Positions 1 through 9,243 of a stretch of 58,684 bases of DNA are shown here, piece by piece. The DNA comes from Eubacteriales bacterium (GTDB lineage Bacteria; Bacillota; Clostridia; Oscillospirales; CAG-272). Positions within the stretch are counted from its first letter, which is position 1. Each line of letters opens with the position of its first letter. The notes under the pieces were generated by a model. It did not search any database. It was not told the DNA's origin and was given only the letters and a program-made list of their open reading frames with translations. The position numbers and the translations under genes are program-made. The stretch covers positions 1 through 58,684 of the forward strand of contig JAZOQX010000074.1 in assembly GCA_045656325.1 (NCBI GenBank). The letters run 5' to 3'.

Positions 1-196
1 CCACGACCTCCTTCTGCAGATAAACCTTCACGTCCTCCTTTACGGGGTCGATGGCAACTCTCATCAGGGTACTGCTGCCGTACTCCTTTTTCAGAGCCGA
101 CAGAAGCGCCGCTTCAATCTTTTCCATCATGTATTCCTTGGGAATACCCTTTTCTTTTTCCAAAAGGTCCAATGCCACAAAAAATTCCTTGTTCAT
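1..196 (-). CDS. nusA: Transcription termination/antitermination factor NusA, N-terminal fragment (continues past window edge)
   Basis: Reverse complement of 1-196 reads MNKEFFVALDLLEKEKGIPKEYMMEKIEAALLSALKKEYG..., a typical NusA N-terminus. It starts 33 nt downstream of rimP, as in the conserved rimP-nusA operon. Confidence 0.85.
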   Translation of the reverse strand, partial: MNKEFFVALDLLEKEKGIPKEYMMEKIEAALLSALKKEYGSSTLMRVAIDPVKEDVKVYLQKEVV

Positions 197-229
197 TTTA
201 AAACTCCGTCCTTTATGTTTTTCGTTGGA

Positions 230-697
230 TCAAAATTCAAAGCAGGTGCAAAGCTTTGCCACCGAGCTTGGTTCAAAGGAAAGCACGCTTCCCGCCGCGT
301 CGATGCGGATGAAGCCGTCCTCCTCCAAGGGAAGCAGCACGCCGCGGAACAGCTTGGAGCCATCCTTCGGCGCGTACAGCCGAACCTCCACGTCCCAGCC
401 CTCGCACGCCATGATATGCTCCTCGGTTTTCAGCTCTCGCTCGACACCGGGAGAGGAAACCTCCAGATAGTACGCCTCCTCGATGGGGTCCGCCTCGTCC
501 AGAATCGGATCCATTGCTCTGTGCATCTTCTCGCAATCTTCAATGTTGACGCCCTCCTCCGAGTCGATGGTGATCCGAAGGACCCGTCTTGCGCCTTCCT
601 TTACGTATTCCACGTCCCACAGCCAACAGCCGATGGACTCCGCCACAGGCTCCGCCAACGCGCGGACCGTATCGGCAACGCCGTTTCCTTTTGCCAC
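230..697 (-). CDS. rimP: Ribosome maturation factor RimP
   Basis: 155 aa with the RimP-like pattern (ITIDSEEGVNIEDCEKMHRAMDPILD...YYLEVSSPGVEREL). GTG start with AGGAGG 6 nt upstream. Confidence 0.9.
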   Translation of the reverse strand: MAKGNGVADTVRALAEPVAESIGCWLWDVEYVKEGARRVLRITIDSEEGVNIEDCEKMHRAMDPILDEADPIEEAYYLEVSSPGVERELKTEEHIMACEGWDVEVRLYAPKDGSKLFRGVLLPLEEDGFIRIDAAGSVLSFEPSSVAKLCTCFEF

Positions 698-744
698 AGA
701 GACCTCCTATCCGAGCCTTTGCTCATTCTTCGAAATTAACAATT

Positions 745-772
745 AAGAGTGGGTTCTCTCAAACCCACTCTC
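745..772 (-). promoter_or_regulatory. Leader hairpin (10-bp stem AGAGTGGGTT/AACCCACTCT) followed by a U-rich tract in the rimP-nusA 5' UTR; possible attenuator
   Basis: Perfect 10-bp inverted repeat with a 6-nt loop. On the minus strand it is followed by UAAUUGUUAAUUU and lies between the predicted promoter and the rimP RBS. Confidence 0.45.
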
Positions 773-784
773 ATACTCTACGTT

Positions 785-813
785 ATTATATCACATTTTT
801 TCACGGATTGCAA
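785..813 (-). promoter_or_regulatory. Sigma-A type promoter for rimP-nusA
   Basis: Minus strand reads TTGCAA, a 17-nt spacer, then TATAAT. Confidence 0.6.
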
Positions 814-903
814 GTGTTTTTTCGATTTTTTTGCAATTTTTCCGTTTGTTGACTTTTAAAGTGCCTTTCCCCTCTTTTTTGTCTGTATTGCACAATTTTT
901 CGA

Positions 904-2445
904 TCAGTACAGGCGTATCACTCGGAGATCAAATCCCGCCGAGCCCTCCGCAGGCGCATCCAGCGCAACCGAAAAGCGAGACGCGGTGGCATACACCGAG
1001 AAATACAGAGTCTCTCCTCCTATGTCCGTCTCCTCATTGTAAAGGCAGTCCAATCCGTCCACAGAATCCTGCGCCAGCCTGCCGTCCTGTCCGCCATACA
1101 CGGTAACCAAGAGGGGCGTTTCCACCTCGTACACCCAAAGAGGAAGCTTAGTTCCCTCCTTGACGGTTAGCCAAAGGAATCCTCCTCGTTCTCCGCCGAT
1201 TCGATACGCTCCGAGAATCCCCTCCGACTCGATTCCGTCCGCAAGGATCGACTGCTCCTCCGTCACCGTCAAAAAGGTCACGGTCCCACCCGCGCCCTCT
1301 TCCGAAATCCATTGCCATCCATACAAATTTTGCAAAATCCTTTGCGCGTTTGATTCCGAAACCTCAGACAGAAACACGCCGTCCCTCTCCCCGACCTGAA
1401 TCCAATCGGTCACCGCCGCGACCTCCTCGGGGGACATAGGCTCCTCCGAGAAGCTGCTTATGGCGCATCCCAGACGGAACTCGCTTCGCTCCGCTAAAAG
1501 AAGCTCCGCGTGATCCAATCGGTTTTCACAGCTTCCGTCGCCATCCTCGTCCAAAAACAGCAAGTCCAAAAAGGCATCCGTCGCCGTCTTCAAGCCGACT
1601 CCCGTTTCCGCCCGCAAGGAAATCCCCTCCTCCGTTGGGCACAGGCGAACGGTACCCTCCGGCTCTGCCTCTGCCGAAAATCGGATCATCCGCTTGGCGG
1701 ATGGGACTTCATTCTCGGACACGGCAGGAACGACGTATCCCGACACACGCTCGATCTCATCCCGCAGATGCTCTGCCAGCGTGTGAAGGAACGTCGCTCC
1801 CTTTGCATCGTACACGATGCAAAAATTCGAAAGCTCCTCCCCGTTCCAGCTGACGAAATCTCTCTCATATTCGGTCTTTTCCAATATCTGCACGCCCTGC
1901 GGGACGAACGCCGCGCGGCTCACGCTTGGCAGAAGGCGCTGCTCAAAGGCATCCAGCGCCAAAAGCGTTGCCGCCTCACTCCTTCCTCCGATGACCGTCG
2001 CGTACCTGCCCACCGCGCAGACGTAATCCTCCTTCTTCAAGCCACTCATTTTCAGGGCGCAATCGGGATGCTCACTTTCTCCGATTACCAACTCGTACGC
2101 GTCGGCGCGAGAAGCGGAAAGATTTTGATCGGTGACGATCACGTAAGGAATTTCCGTTCTTTCCGCAATCGCATCCCCAAGCATCTGCGCGCGCTCATAC
2201 AGGGTAACGCTTCTGTCCGCAGGCAGGACGATACGAATGCTTTGGGCAAACGCCTCCTCGGCTTCGCCCTGAGAGTTTTCGTCTCCCTCCCCGTCATCGG
2301 AAAGCAGCGGTGTAAAATCGGGAAGCTCGTTTTCCGCCCCGCAGGCAGAGAATATTCCCGCCAGAAACAAGAATACCGCCGCGAACACCATCAAAAGAAG
2401 GATCCTTCCCCTTTCTCCACGTATTCCGAACCAAACCGCCCTCAT
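904..2445 (-). CDS. Hypothetical lipoprotein, unknown function
   Basis: 513-aa ORF. N-terminal signal with lipobox-like LAGIFSAC, then an acidic linker. No catalytic motif recognised. Consensus promoter upstream. Confidence 0.7.
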   Translation of the reverse strand: MRAVWFGIRGERGRILLLMVFAAVFLFLAGIFSACGAENELPDFTPLLSDDGEGDENSQGEAEEAFAQSIRIVLPADRSVTLYERAQMLGDAIAERTEIPYVIVTDQNLSASRADAYELVIGESEHPDCALKMSGLKKEDYVCAVGRYATVIGGRSEAATLLALDAFEQRLLPSVSRAAFVPQGVQILEKTEYERDFVSWNGEELSNFCIVYDAKGATFLHTLAEHLRDEIERVSGYVVPAVSENEVPSAKRMIRFSAEAEPEGTVRLCPTEEGISLRAETGVGLKTATDAFLDLLFLDEDGDGSCENRLDHAELLLAERSEFRLGCAISSFSEEPMSPEEVAAVTDWIQVGERDGVFLSEVSESNAQRILQNLYGWQWISEEGAGGTVTFLTVTEEQSILADGIESEGILGAYRIGGERGGFLWLTVKEGTKLPLWVYEVETPLLVTVYGGQDGRLAQDSVDGLDCLYNEETDIGGETLYFSVYATASRFSVALDAPAEGSAGFDLRVIRLY

Positions 2446-2484
2446 CGCACCATCTACCTCCGCAAAGCCACAAAAAATCGGCTC

Positions 2485-2513
2485 ATTATACCATATTCGT
2501 CAAATTTTGTCAA
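2485..2513 (-). promoter_or_regulatory. Sigma-A promoter for the 904-2445 lipoprotein gene
   Basis: Minus strand reads TTGACA, a 17-nt spacer, then TGgTATAAT (extended -10). Confidence 0.65.
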
Positions 2514-2604
2514 GAAGTATTTTCTCCCTTCGCCTCCTTGATCGGCTCTGACAGAGAGGTTTTTGAAAAATCGTTCCATATTTATAGAAAATATAAAGAA
2601 TGTG

Positions 2605-2633
2605 TTTACAAAACGGAAAGAATGTGGTATACT
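2605..2633 (+). promoter_or_regulatory. Sigma-A promoter for the yybS-like/gdpP string
   Basis: TTTACA, a 17-nt spacer ending in TGG, then TATACT. Confidence 0.55.
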
Positions 2634-2684
2634 TGTATAATAGGGTTGTTATTCCCTATTTTAAAAACATTTTCCGAGGTCGTC

Positions 2685-3887
2685 GTGAATCAAACAAAAG
2701 AACCAAATTTTGATATAATCGCATCGGAGCTGAAAAAGGAATCCCCCCGACTTGGAGATCGAATCCTGCTTTCTCTGATCCTATTTGTGGCATCGGTATA
2801 TCTTCCCCTTGCCGCCGCCCTTCCCATGCCCCCCGAGGCAAAGGAAGCCTTTTCCTTCCTCGTCTGCGCGCTGAGCGTTCTGGCGCAGGCAAGGCTCTCT
2901 AAAAAAATAAGCGCGGGCGTCGGACATGCCGTTCTCCTTCTTCTCGTTGGATTCTTGTTCGGCGGTCCTTACGTTGCCGCGGCTCTTGGCTCCTTGGTCA
3001 GCGTTGCCTGCATTTTTTGCCGTCTCGCTCTGACCACCTCTTCCCTGCTTCCCATCGCAATCCCTGCGGTAGCTTACTTAACGGCGACCGTCGCCGTGGG
3101 CTCTCCCTTTTTAGGAGCGCTGTCCTTAGTGGGAATGCCCCTTGCGCTTTTTCTTCTGCTCTCCGTACGGATGCTTCTGCCCAAGGTGCGCGCCCTCTGT
3201 CTGATCTCCTTTGGAATCGGACTTTCCGCCGCCGTTGCCGCCATCCTCTATCTGCTTCTTGCTCACAACGGCATCAGCGCGGATCTGCTCCGAGAGGGAG
3301 TGGAAGCCCTCCGCGCCCTGCTGACGGAGGAGCTTGAGCTTCGGTTGTCCCTATTGGAGGGAGACGTAAGCGGTCTTCTTCCCTTGGGAATCGGAAAGGA
3401 GGACTACGCGCGGACGCTGGCGAACGAAATTATCAACCATCTTCCCGCTATTCTGATCCTGCTTTGCAACGCGGTTGCGCTGGTGACCCATTCCTCCATG
3501 GTTCGGATCCTGCTCTCGCTCAAGCTTTCCAAGGAGCCTCTCGCTCCCGTGGCGATCTTTGACATGAGCGCTTCCTCCGCCGTCGTCTTCCTTGTGTCCC
3601 TGATCCTTTCTCTGGTTATGAGCGGACCCGATTCGGCAATGGCGGTTGCCGTATGCGAAAATCTATACCTGATTCTCATTCCCGGTATGCTTATTACCCT
3701 TTGGATGGTCCTGAACGCCTTTTTGCTTGCGAAAGCCCCCTCCTGCTTCGGGATCCTTCTGTATCTTGCCCTTCCCTTTTTGTTCTTCCAATTTTCCTCT
3801 GCGCTTCTTCCCATCGGTGCCGTCATCGGCGCAATCCTGATTCTCGTGGGAAAGATCCGCAAAATCCTTCGCGAAAAGAAATCCTGA
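2685..3887 (+). CDS. YybS-like (DUF2232-type) polytopic membrane protein
   Basis: Highly hydrophobic multi-TM ORF directly upstream of gdpP-rplI-dnaB, the position held by yybS in Bacillus. The start is set at GTG 2685 (GAGG RBS) because the predicted promoter lies inside the longer ORF that begins at 2538. ATG 2622 is an alternative start. Confidence 0.6.
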   Translation: MNQTKEPNFDIIASELKKESPRLGDRILLSLILFVASVYLPLAAALPMPPEAKEAFSFLVCALSVLAQARLSKKISAGVGHAVLLLLVGFLFGGPYVAAALGSLVSVACIFCRLALTTSSLLPIAIPAVAYLTATVAVGSPFLGALSLVGMPLALFLLLSVRMLLPKVRALCLISFGIGLSAAVAAILYLLLAHNGISADLLREGVEALRALLTEELELRLSLLEGDVSGLLPLGIGKEDYARTLANEIINHLPAILILLCNAVALVTHSSMVRILLSLKLSKEPLAPVAIFDMSASSAVVFLVSLILSLVMSGPDSAMAVAVCENLYLILIPGMLITLWMVLNAFLLAKAPSCFGILLYLALPFLFFQFSSALLPIGAVIGAILILVGKIRKILREKKS

Positions 3888-3918
3888 GTCTTAAGCCCTT
3901 ATGAAAGGATGAACGACT

Positions 3919-5979
3919 ATGACCAATAAAAAACACGATCTTTTCCGTCAGCTGGAGGAGCTTCCCTCCATGCTGTACATTCTGTTCGCCATTCTGGCAT
4001 TGGCGATTCTCGTTGCCCTTTGTACCTATACCCTGGTCTCGGTGGCGCTGGCGGGGATCCTGCTGATCCTGATCTACGCCGCAGTATCCCTAACCTTATA
4101 CGTTCTGTTCCACCGCCGTCTGAGGCGTTACAAAACCGAAGCGGAGGTCTTTGAGGAGCAGAGAGACAACGTGATCCGCGCCTTCCGCGACTCGGTGGAT
4201 TTTCCCTACGCCGTTCTGACCGAGGACGGAACCATCGTCACGGCAAACGAAGCCCTGCGTCAGCTGAAGGATTTCGGCGAAACGATCTACGGCACTCCCC
4301 TCTCCCAGCTTTGCGAGCTGACCCCCGCCGAGCTTCCCTCTCTGATCAGAGACGAGGATGAGGAGGACGAGGAGGCTTCCTCCTCTCTGCTGAAGCGGCG
4401 CGCCGTTTCCGTGGGTGAGAAAAAATTCGTTCCCGAATGTATTCCCGTTCCGTCGGGCGGCAAGCTTTTCTACTTGCTGGCGCTTCACGACGTAACCGAG
4501 CTGTCCGCGCTTCAGACCCTTTATCACAACAACACCTCCGCCGTTGCCTATATCGTTCTCGATAATCTGGACGAGCTGGCGCAATACGTAAAGGTCAGCT
4601 ATCAGGTGGAAACCCGCGATACCGAGGCCATTCTCCGCGCATGGGCATCCTCCATGGGAGCGATGATCCTCGAATACGACCGCAACAAATACGTGATGTT
4701 CCTCTCCCGAGAGGAAATGGCAAAGTGCATCAAAAACCGCTTTGACGTTTTGGACCGCATCCGAAACATCCGTTTGGGAGAGAGCAACACCCCCATTACC
4801 GTTTCCATCGGTATTTCCGTTCTCGGAAAGACCTTGGCGGAACGGGAAAAGGACGCGCTGAGCGCGCTGGATATGGCGCTGCTGCGCGGCGGAGATCAGG
4901 TCGCCCTGAAAAACGACACGGGCACCTATTTCTTCGGCGGACGCACCAAGAGCCCGCAGAAGAAGAGCAAAACCGACTCCCGCGTGGTCACCGACCAGCT
5001 CTGCGCCCTGATTAAATCCTCCCCCAACGTGCTGATCATGGGACACAGCAACCCAGACTTCGACTCCATCGGCGCGTGCGTGGGACTTTCGGTCCTTTCG
5101 ACGCATTTGGGCGTTCCCGCCAAGGTGGTGGTGGACACCGCGTCCGAAAACTTCCGCGCCTGTACCTCGCGCCTTTGCGAGCTTGCCGATTACAGAAATA
5201 TGTTCATTGACGGAGTTGAGGGCATGGCGCTCTCCTCCTACGGAACCCTTTTGATTATTGCAGACGCGAACAATCTTTCGATTTTGGAAGCCCCCGAGCT
5301 TGCTAAAAATTCCTTTAAAACGGCGATCATCGACCACCATATCAAGCAGCAGTTTGAGAACGAGCCAAAGCTGAGCTATATCGACCACACCGCCTCCTCC
5401 GCCTGCGAGCTGGTCAGCGAGATCCTTGAGGATATCCTGCCCGACGGCGCGCTCCGCTCCGAGGAAGCCAACGTCATGATGGCGGGCATTATGGTGGACA
5501 CCAAGAACTTTACGAGAAACGTAGGCACGAGAACCTTCTCGGCAGCGCTCTATCTACGCAACGCGGGGGCAAACACCGAGTACGTCCGCACCTTCTTCGA
5601 GCAGAACTTTGAGGACTATCTGTCCGAGGCGCAGTTCGGCTCCGAGGCGCAGATTTACCGTGAGCAATTTGCCATTACCGCGCTGACGGGCTGCGGCTCC
5701 GCGGGTGACCGCGTAGCGGCGGCAAAGGCAGCCGATCGACTTCTCACCGTCCGTCAGGTCAACGCCGCGTTCGCGTTGATCCTGCTTGGTGAGACGGTCC
5801 ACGTTTCCGCCCGCTCCAACGGAACGGTCAACGTCCAGCTGATTTTGGAAAAGCTGGGTGGCGGCGGTCACTTCGATATGGCGGGAGCTGCCCTTCGCGA
5901 GCTTGATCTGGCGGAAGCGCAGGAACGCTTGCGCGATGCCATCGACCAATATCTCGAGGATATCAAAGCCAAGAGCTGA
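3919..5979 (+). CDS. gdpP: Cyclic-di-AMP phosphodiesterase GdpP (2 TM + PAS-like + degenerate GGDEF + DHH/DHHA1)
   Basis: Two N-terminal TM helices; DHH motifs (GHSNPDFDSIGA, IIDHH); DHHA1 GGGH near the C-terminus. Synteny with rplI and dnaB. Confidence 0.88.
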   Translation: MTNKKHDLFRQLEELPSMLYILFAILALAILVALCTYTLVSVALAGILLILIYAAVSLTLYVLFHRRLRRYKTEAEVFEEQRDNVIRAFRDSVDFPYAVLTEDGTIVTANEALRQLKDFGETIYGTPLSQLCELTPAELPSLIRDEDEEDEEASSSLLKRRAVSVGEKKFVPECIPVPSGGKLFYLLALHDVTELSALQTLYHNNTSAVAYIVLDNLDELAQYVKVSYQVETRDTEAILRAWASSMGAMILEYDRNKYVMFLSREEMAKCIKNRFDVLDRIRNIRLGESNTPITVSIGISVLGKTLAEREKDALSALDMALLRGGDQVALKNDTGTYFFGGRTKSPQKKSKTDSRVVTDQLCALIKSSPNVLIMGHSNPDFDSIGACVGLSVLSTHLGVPAKVVVDTASENFRACTSRLCELADYRNMFIDGVEGMALSSYGTLLIIADANNLSILEAPELAKNSFKTAIIDHHIKQQFENEPKLSYIDHTASSACELVSEILEDILPDGALRSEEANVMMAGIMVDTKNFTRNVGTRTFSAALYLRNAGANTEYVRTFFEQNFEDYLSEAQFGSEAQIYREQFAITALTGCGSAGDRVAAAKAADRLLTVRQVNAAFALILLGETVHVSARSNGTVNVQLILEKLGGGGHFDMAGAALRELDLAEAQERLRDAIDQYLEDIKAKS

Positions 5980-6017
5980 CAAACGATCAAAACACATAGA
6001 ATGAAGGAGAACAAAGC

Positions 6018-6467
6018 ATGAGAGTCATTTTAACCGCAGACGTGAAGGGTCAGGGAAAGAAGGATCAGGTCGTGGAGGTTTCCGACGGCTACGCAAGAAA
6101 TTTCCTGTTTCCCAAGAAGCTGGCGATTCCCGCCGACGCTTCCGCGCTGAACAATATCAAAAACAAGGAAGCCTCCAAGCAGCATAAGCTGGACGTGGAA
6201 AAGAAAAACGCGGAGGAGATCAAGAAGAAGCTGGAGACCATCGTGGTAAAATTCGTATACGCCGCAGGTCCCGACAAGCGTCTTTACGGCTCTGTCACCT
6301 CCAAGGAGATCGCCGAGGCACTGAAGAAGGATTTCGGCATCGAGGTGGACAAGAGAAAGATCACCCTTGCCGCTCCCATTAAGTCCTTTGGCAGATTTTC
6401 CGCCGAGGTCCGTCTCTTTACCGACGTAGTCGGAGTCATTACCGTTGAGGTTGTCGGAAAGGAATAA
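6018..6467 (+). CDS. rplI: 50S ribosomal protein L9
   Basis: [36 protein letters not shown] is a canonical L9 N-terminus. 149 aa. Confidence 0.95.
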   Translation: MRVILTADVKGQGKKDQVVEVSDGYARNFLFPKKLAIPADASALNNIKNKEASKQHKLDVEKKNAEEIKKKLETIVVKFVYAAGPDKRLYGSVTSKEIAEALKKDFGIEVDKRKITLAAPIKSFGRFSAEVRLFTDVVGVITVEVVGKE

Positions 6468-6470
6468 ATC

Positions 6471-7808
6471 ATGAACGAGGATCTTTCCAGAAAGCTTCCC
6501 TTTTCCTTGATTGCGGAGCAGTCGCTCCTCGGCTCCATCCTGTTTGATCCCGAATCTCTCAACGAGGTTGCCGAGATCATCAACGCAGAGGACTTTTATC
6601 TCTCGGAGCACGCCCAGATCTATACTGCCATGCACGAGCTTTTCCTCATCAACAAGGAGATCGACGTGGTGACTCTTGTGGATATGCTGGTCACCAAGGG
6701 GCTGTATGACAAGTCGGGCGGCGAGGACTATATCCGTTCTCTCTATCGCTCGGTATCCAACGCCCTGAACGTCAAGGACTACGCCACCATCGTCAAAAAC
6801 AAAAGCGTGCTGCGCTCCTTGATCGGCGTCTGCTCGGATATTTCCGACAAGGCGTACAGTGAGGAGGGCTCCACCGAGGAATTGGTAAACTATGCCGAGT
6901 CCCTCATTTTTGACCTTGCTCAGGGACGGGATACTAAAAGCTTCCGCCACATTCGCGAGGTTATCGGAAGCGTATACAGCAATCTGCATACCATGGCAAC
7001 GGAGGGAGATTCCGCTCAAGGTACGAAAACCGGCTTTTCGGGCATTGACGGTGTCCTCGCGGGCATGGGCAACTCCGACCTGATTCTGGTGGGTGCCCGT
7101 CCCGGTATGGGAAAAACCTCCTTCTGCTTGAACATCGGTACCAACGTAGCGCTCCAAACGGGCAAAACCGTTTGTATCTTCTCCCTTGAAATGTCCGCCG
7201 AGCAGCTGGTCACCCGCGTGATCTCCAGCGAAGCCATGGTGGACAGCTATGCCCTCCGTACGGGAAAGCTGGACGGAAAGCAGTGGGAGGATATTGCCAA
7301 CGCCACCACCCGCCTTGCGGGCTGTAATATGCTCATCGACGATACGGCTGGCATCACGGTCACGGGTATGAAGAGCAAACTTCGCCGCGTGCAGAATCTG
7401 GGTCTTGTCATCATCGACTACCTGCAGCTGATGCAAAGCGACCGACGCATCGACAGCCGTGTCAACGAGGTCGCCGACATTTCGAGAAATCTGAAGCTGA
7501 TGGCAAAGGAATTGAACGTTCCCATCATCTGCTGCTCCCAGCTTTCCCGAGGACCCGAGCAGCGTACCGACAAGCGTCCCATGCTGTCCGACCTCCGCGA
7601 ATCGGGATCCATCGAGCAGGATGCGGATACGGTTATTTTCCTCTATCGAAGCGAATACTATGACAGCGAGGCAAATGACGAGGAGGGTAACATCGCCGAG
7701 GTCATTATTGCCAAAAACCGTCACGGCTCCACGGGTAACGTGAAGGTGGGCTGGATCGGATGCTACACCAAGTTCCGCTCCATCGCTACCGACGTTGCCG
7801 AATCCTAA
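6471..7808 (+). CDS. dnaB: Replicative DNA helicase (DnaB family)
   Basis: 445 aa. N-terminal LPFSLIAEQSLLGSIL, Walker A GARPGMGKTSF, and IIDYLQLM / SQLSR motifs. Confidence 0.95.
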   Translation: MNEDLSRKLPFSLIAEQSLLGSILFDPESLNEVAEIINAEDFYLSEHAQIYTAMHELFLINKEIDVVTLVDMLVTKGLYDKSGGEDYIRSLYRSVSNALNVKDYATIVKNKSVLRSLIGVCSDISDKAYSEEGSTEELVNYAESLIFDLAQGRDTKSFRHIREVIGSVYSNLHTMATEGDSAQGTKTGFSGIDGVLAGMGNSDLILVGARPGMGKTSFCLNIGTNVALQTGKTVCIFSLEMSAEQLVTRVISSEAMVDSYALRTGKLDGKQWEDIANATTRLAGCNMLIDDTAGITVTGMKSKLRRVQNLGLVIIDYLQLMQSDRRIDSRVNEVADISRNLKLMAKELNVPIICCSQLSRGPEQRTDKRPMLSDLRESGSIEQDADTVIFLYRSEYYDSEANDEEGNIAEVIIAKNRHGSTGNVKVGWIGCYTKFRSIATDVAES

Positions 7809-7818
7809 GGAGCGCTTC

Positions 7819-9198
7819 ATGACACCGCAACCGATTTTTCCTAAGGGCTATCGCTCCCCTGCCGCTCTGGCGGGATTTCCCGAGGACTCTGCCATTCTCG
7901 TTGGCTTTTCGGGAGGTGCCGATTCCCTTTCCCTTTTGCATATGCTCACCCTCGAGGCCCGTTATACAGGCGCGAGAATCGTCGCCGCTCACGTCAATCA
8001 CGGCATTCGCGGAAAGGAAGCCGACCGCGATGAGGATTTTTGCCGCGCCACCGCTCAGGCGATGGGCGTGGAGTTCTTTTCCTGCCGCGTTGACGTTCCT
8101 GCCCTTGCGGAAGCAAGGGGAAAAAGCGTGGAGCTGACGGCAAGAGAGGCACGCTACGAATTTTTTGACCGTATTATGGAAGAGAAGCGGATTTCTCTTT
8201 TGGTCACCGCCCACCACGCGGATGACAATTTGGAAACCATGCTCTTTCACCTCATTCGGGGCACGGGACTTCAAGGTATGTGCGGGATTCCGCTCTCCCG
8301 TCCCTGCAAGCACGGAACGCTGGTCCGTCCCCTTTTGGGGGTCACGCGAAAGGAGCTTCTCGCCTATTGCGAGACCCATCGCCTTTCCTTCGTGACCGAC
8401 AGCACCAATACCGATGCGGGCTATACCCGCAATCGGATCCGCTCCGAGGTCATTCCTGCCCTGCTTGCCATTCAGGAAAACGCCGTAGAGAACGCCGCTC
8501 GGATGGCTGAAAATCTCCGTGCCGATTCACGCTGCCTTCGAAGCATGGTCGATTCCTTTTTAGAGGAGAATGGCTCCGACGGCTCCCTTTCACCGAGAAG
8601 CATCAACACCGCTCCCGACGCTGTGGTCAATCGCGGGCTGATGGCCTTGTTTTCCGACGCGTCGGAGGGAATGGATCTGGAGCATTGCCACGTGGAGGCG
8701 ATCCGCGCGCTTTGTCGGAAGGAGATTCCACATTCCAAGGTATCCTTACCCGGAAACATGGAGGGAGTCGTTGAAAACGGAAGATTTTTCTTTCGAAAAG
8801 CGCGGCAGTTGCCCCCGTCCCCGCCTTATCGACAGGCACTTTGCGACGGTGTGCAGACGATTTCACACACAAACACCGAAATCGTCATGAGTTCTTCACA
8901 AAAGCCCATAAATATTTACAAAAATTCAATACTATTGTCCTTAGATTCTGCTACAATAAATGGTGTGCTGTTTGCACGAAGCCGCGAGGAGGGAGATCGC
9001 ATCCGTCTTGGCGGTATGAGCAGAAGCATCAAAAAAATGTTTTGCGACAAAAAGATCCCCGTGGAGCTTCGCACCCGCCTGCCCGTCCTTTGCGACGAAA
9101 GCGGCGTGGTAGCCGTTCCCATGCTGGGGGTCCGAGACGGAACGGCAGCCTCTCCCCAAACCAAGGAGACGCTGTGGGTTCAGGTCAGTTTAAAATAA
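7819..9198 (+). CDS. tilS: tRNA(Ile)-lysidine synthetase TilS
   Basis: PP-loop SGGADS (VGFSGGADSLSLL). The start is set at ATG 7819, with AAGGAG 7 nt upstream, just after the dnaB stop. Confidence 0.88.
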   Translation: MTPQPIFPKGYRSPAALAGFPEDSAILVGFSGGADSLSLLHMLTLEARYTGARIVAAHVNHGIRGKEADRDEDFCRATAQAMGVEFFSCRVDVPALAEARGKSVELTAREARYEFFDRIMEEKRISLLVTAHHADDNLETMLFHLIRGTGLQGMCGIPLSRPCKHGTLVRPLLGVTRKELLAYCETHRLSFVTDSTNTDAGYTRNRIRSEVIPALLAIQENAVENAARMAENLRADSRCLRSMVDSFLEENGSDGSLSPRSINTAPDAVVNRGLMALFSDASEGMDLEHCHVEAIRALCRKEIPHSKVSLPGNMEGVVENGRFFFRKARQLPPSPPYRQALCDGVQTISHTNTEIVMSSSQKPINIYKNSILLSLDSATINGVLFARSREEGDRIRLGGMSRSIKKMFCDKKIPVELRTRLPVLCDESGVVAVPMLGVRDGTAASPQTKETLWVQVSLK

Positions 9199-9243
9199 CG
9201 GACGCAAGCTGACAGACCGTCCATTCTTACGCGGAGGAACCTG

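Noticed and set aside
2538-2684. Longer start for the YybS-like ORF
   Set aside because: The predicted -35/-10 pair (2605-2633) lies inside this extension, and the extension is not hydrophobic. Uncertainty remains, and ATG 2622 is possible.
6030-7820. 596-aa ORF antisense to rplI and dnaB
   Set aside because: It lies entirely opposite two genes with unmistakable conserved motifs. Its composition (rich in G, L, V, D and H, with no motifs) is typical of the stop-poor antisense frame of GC-rich coding DNA.
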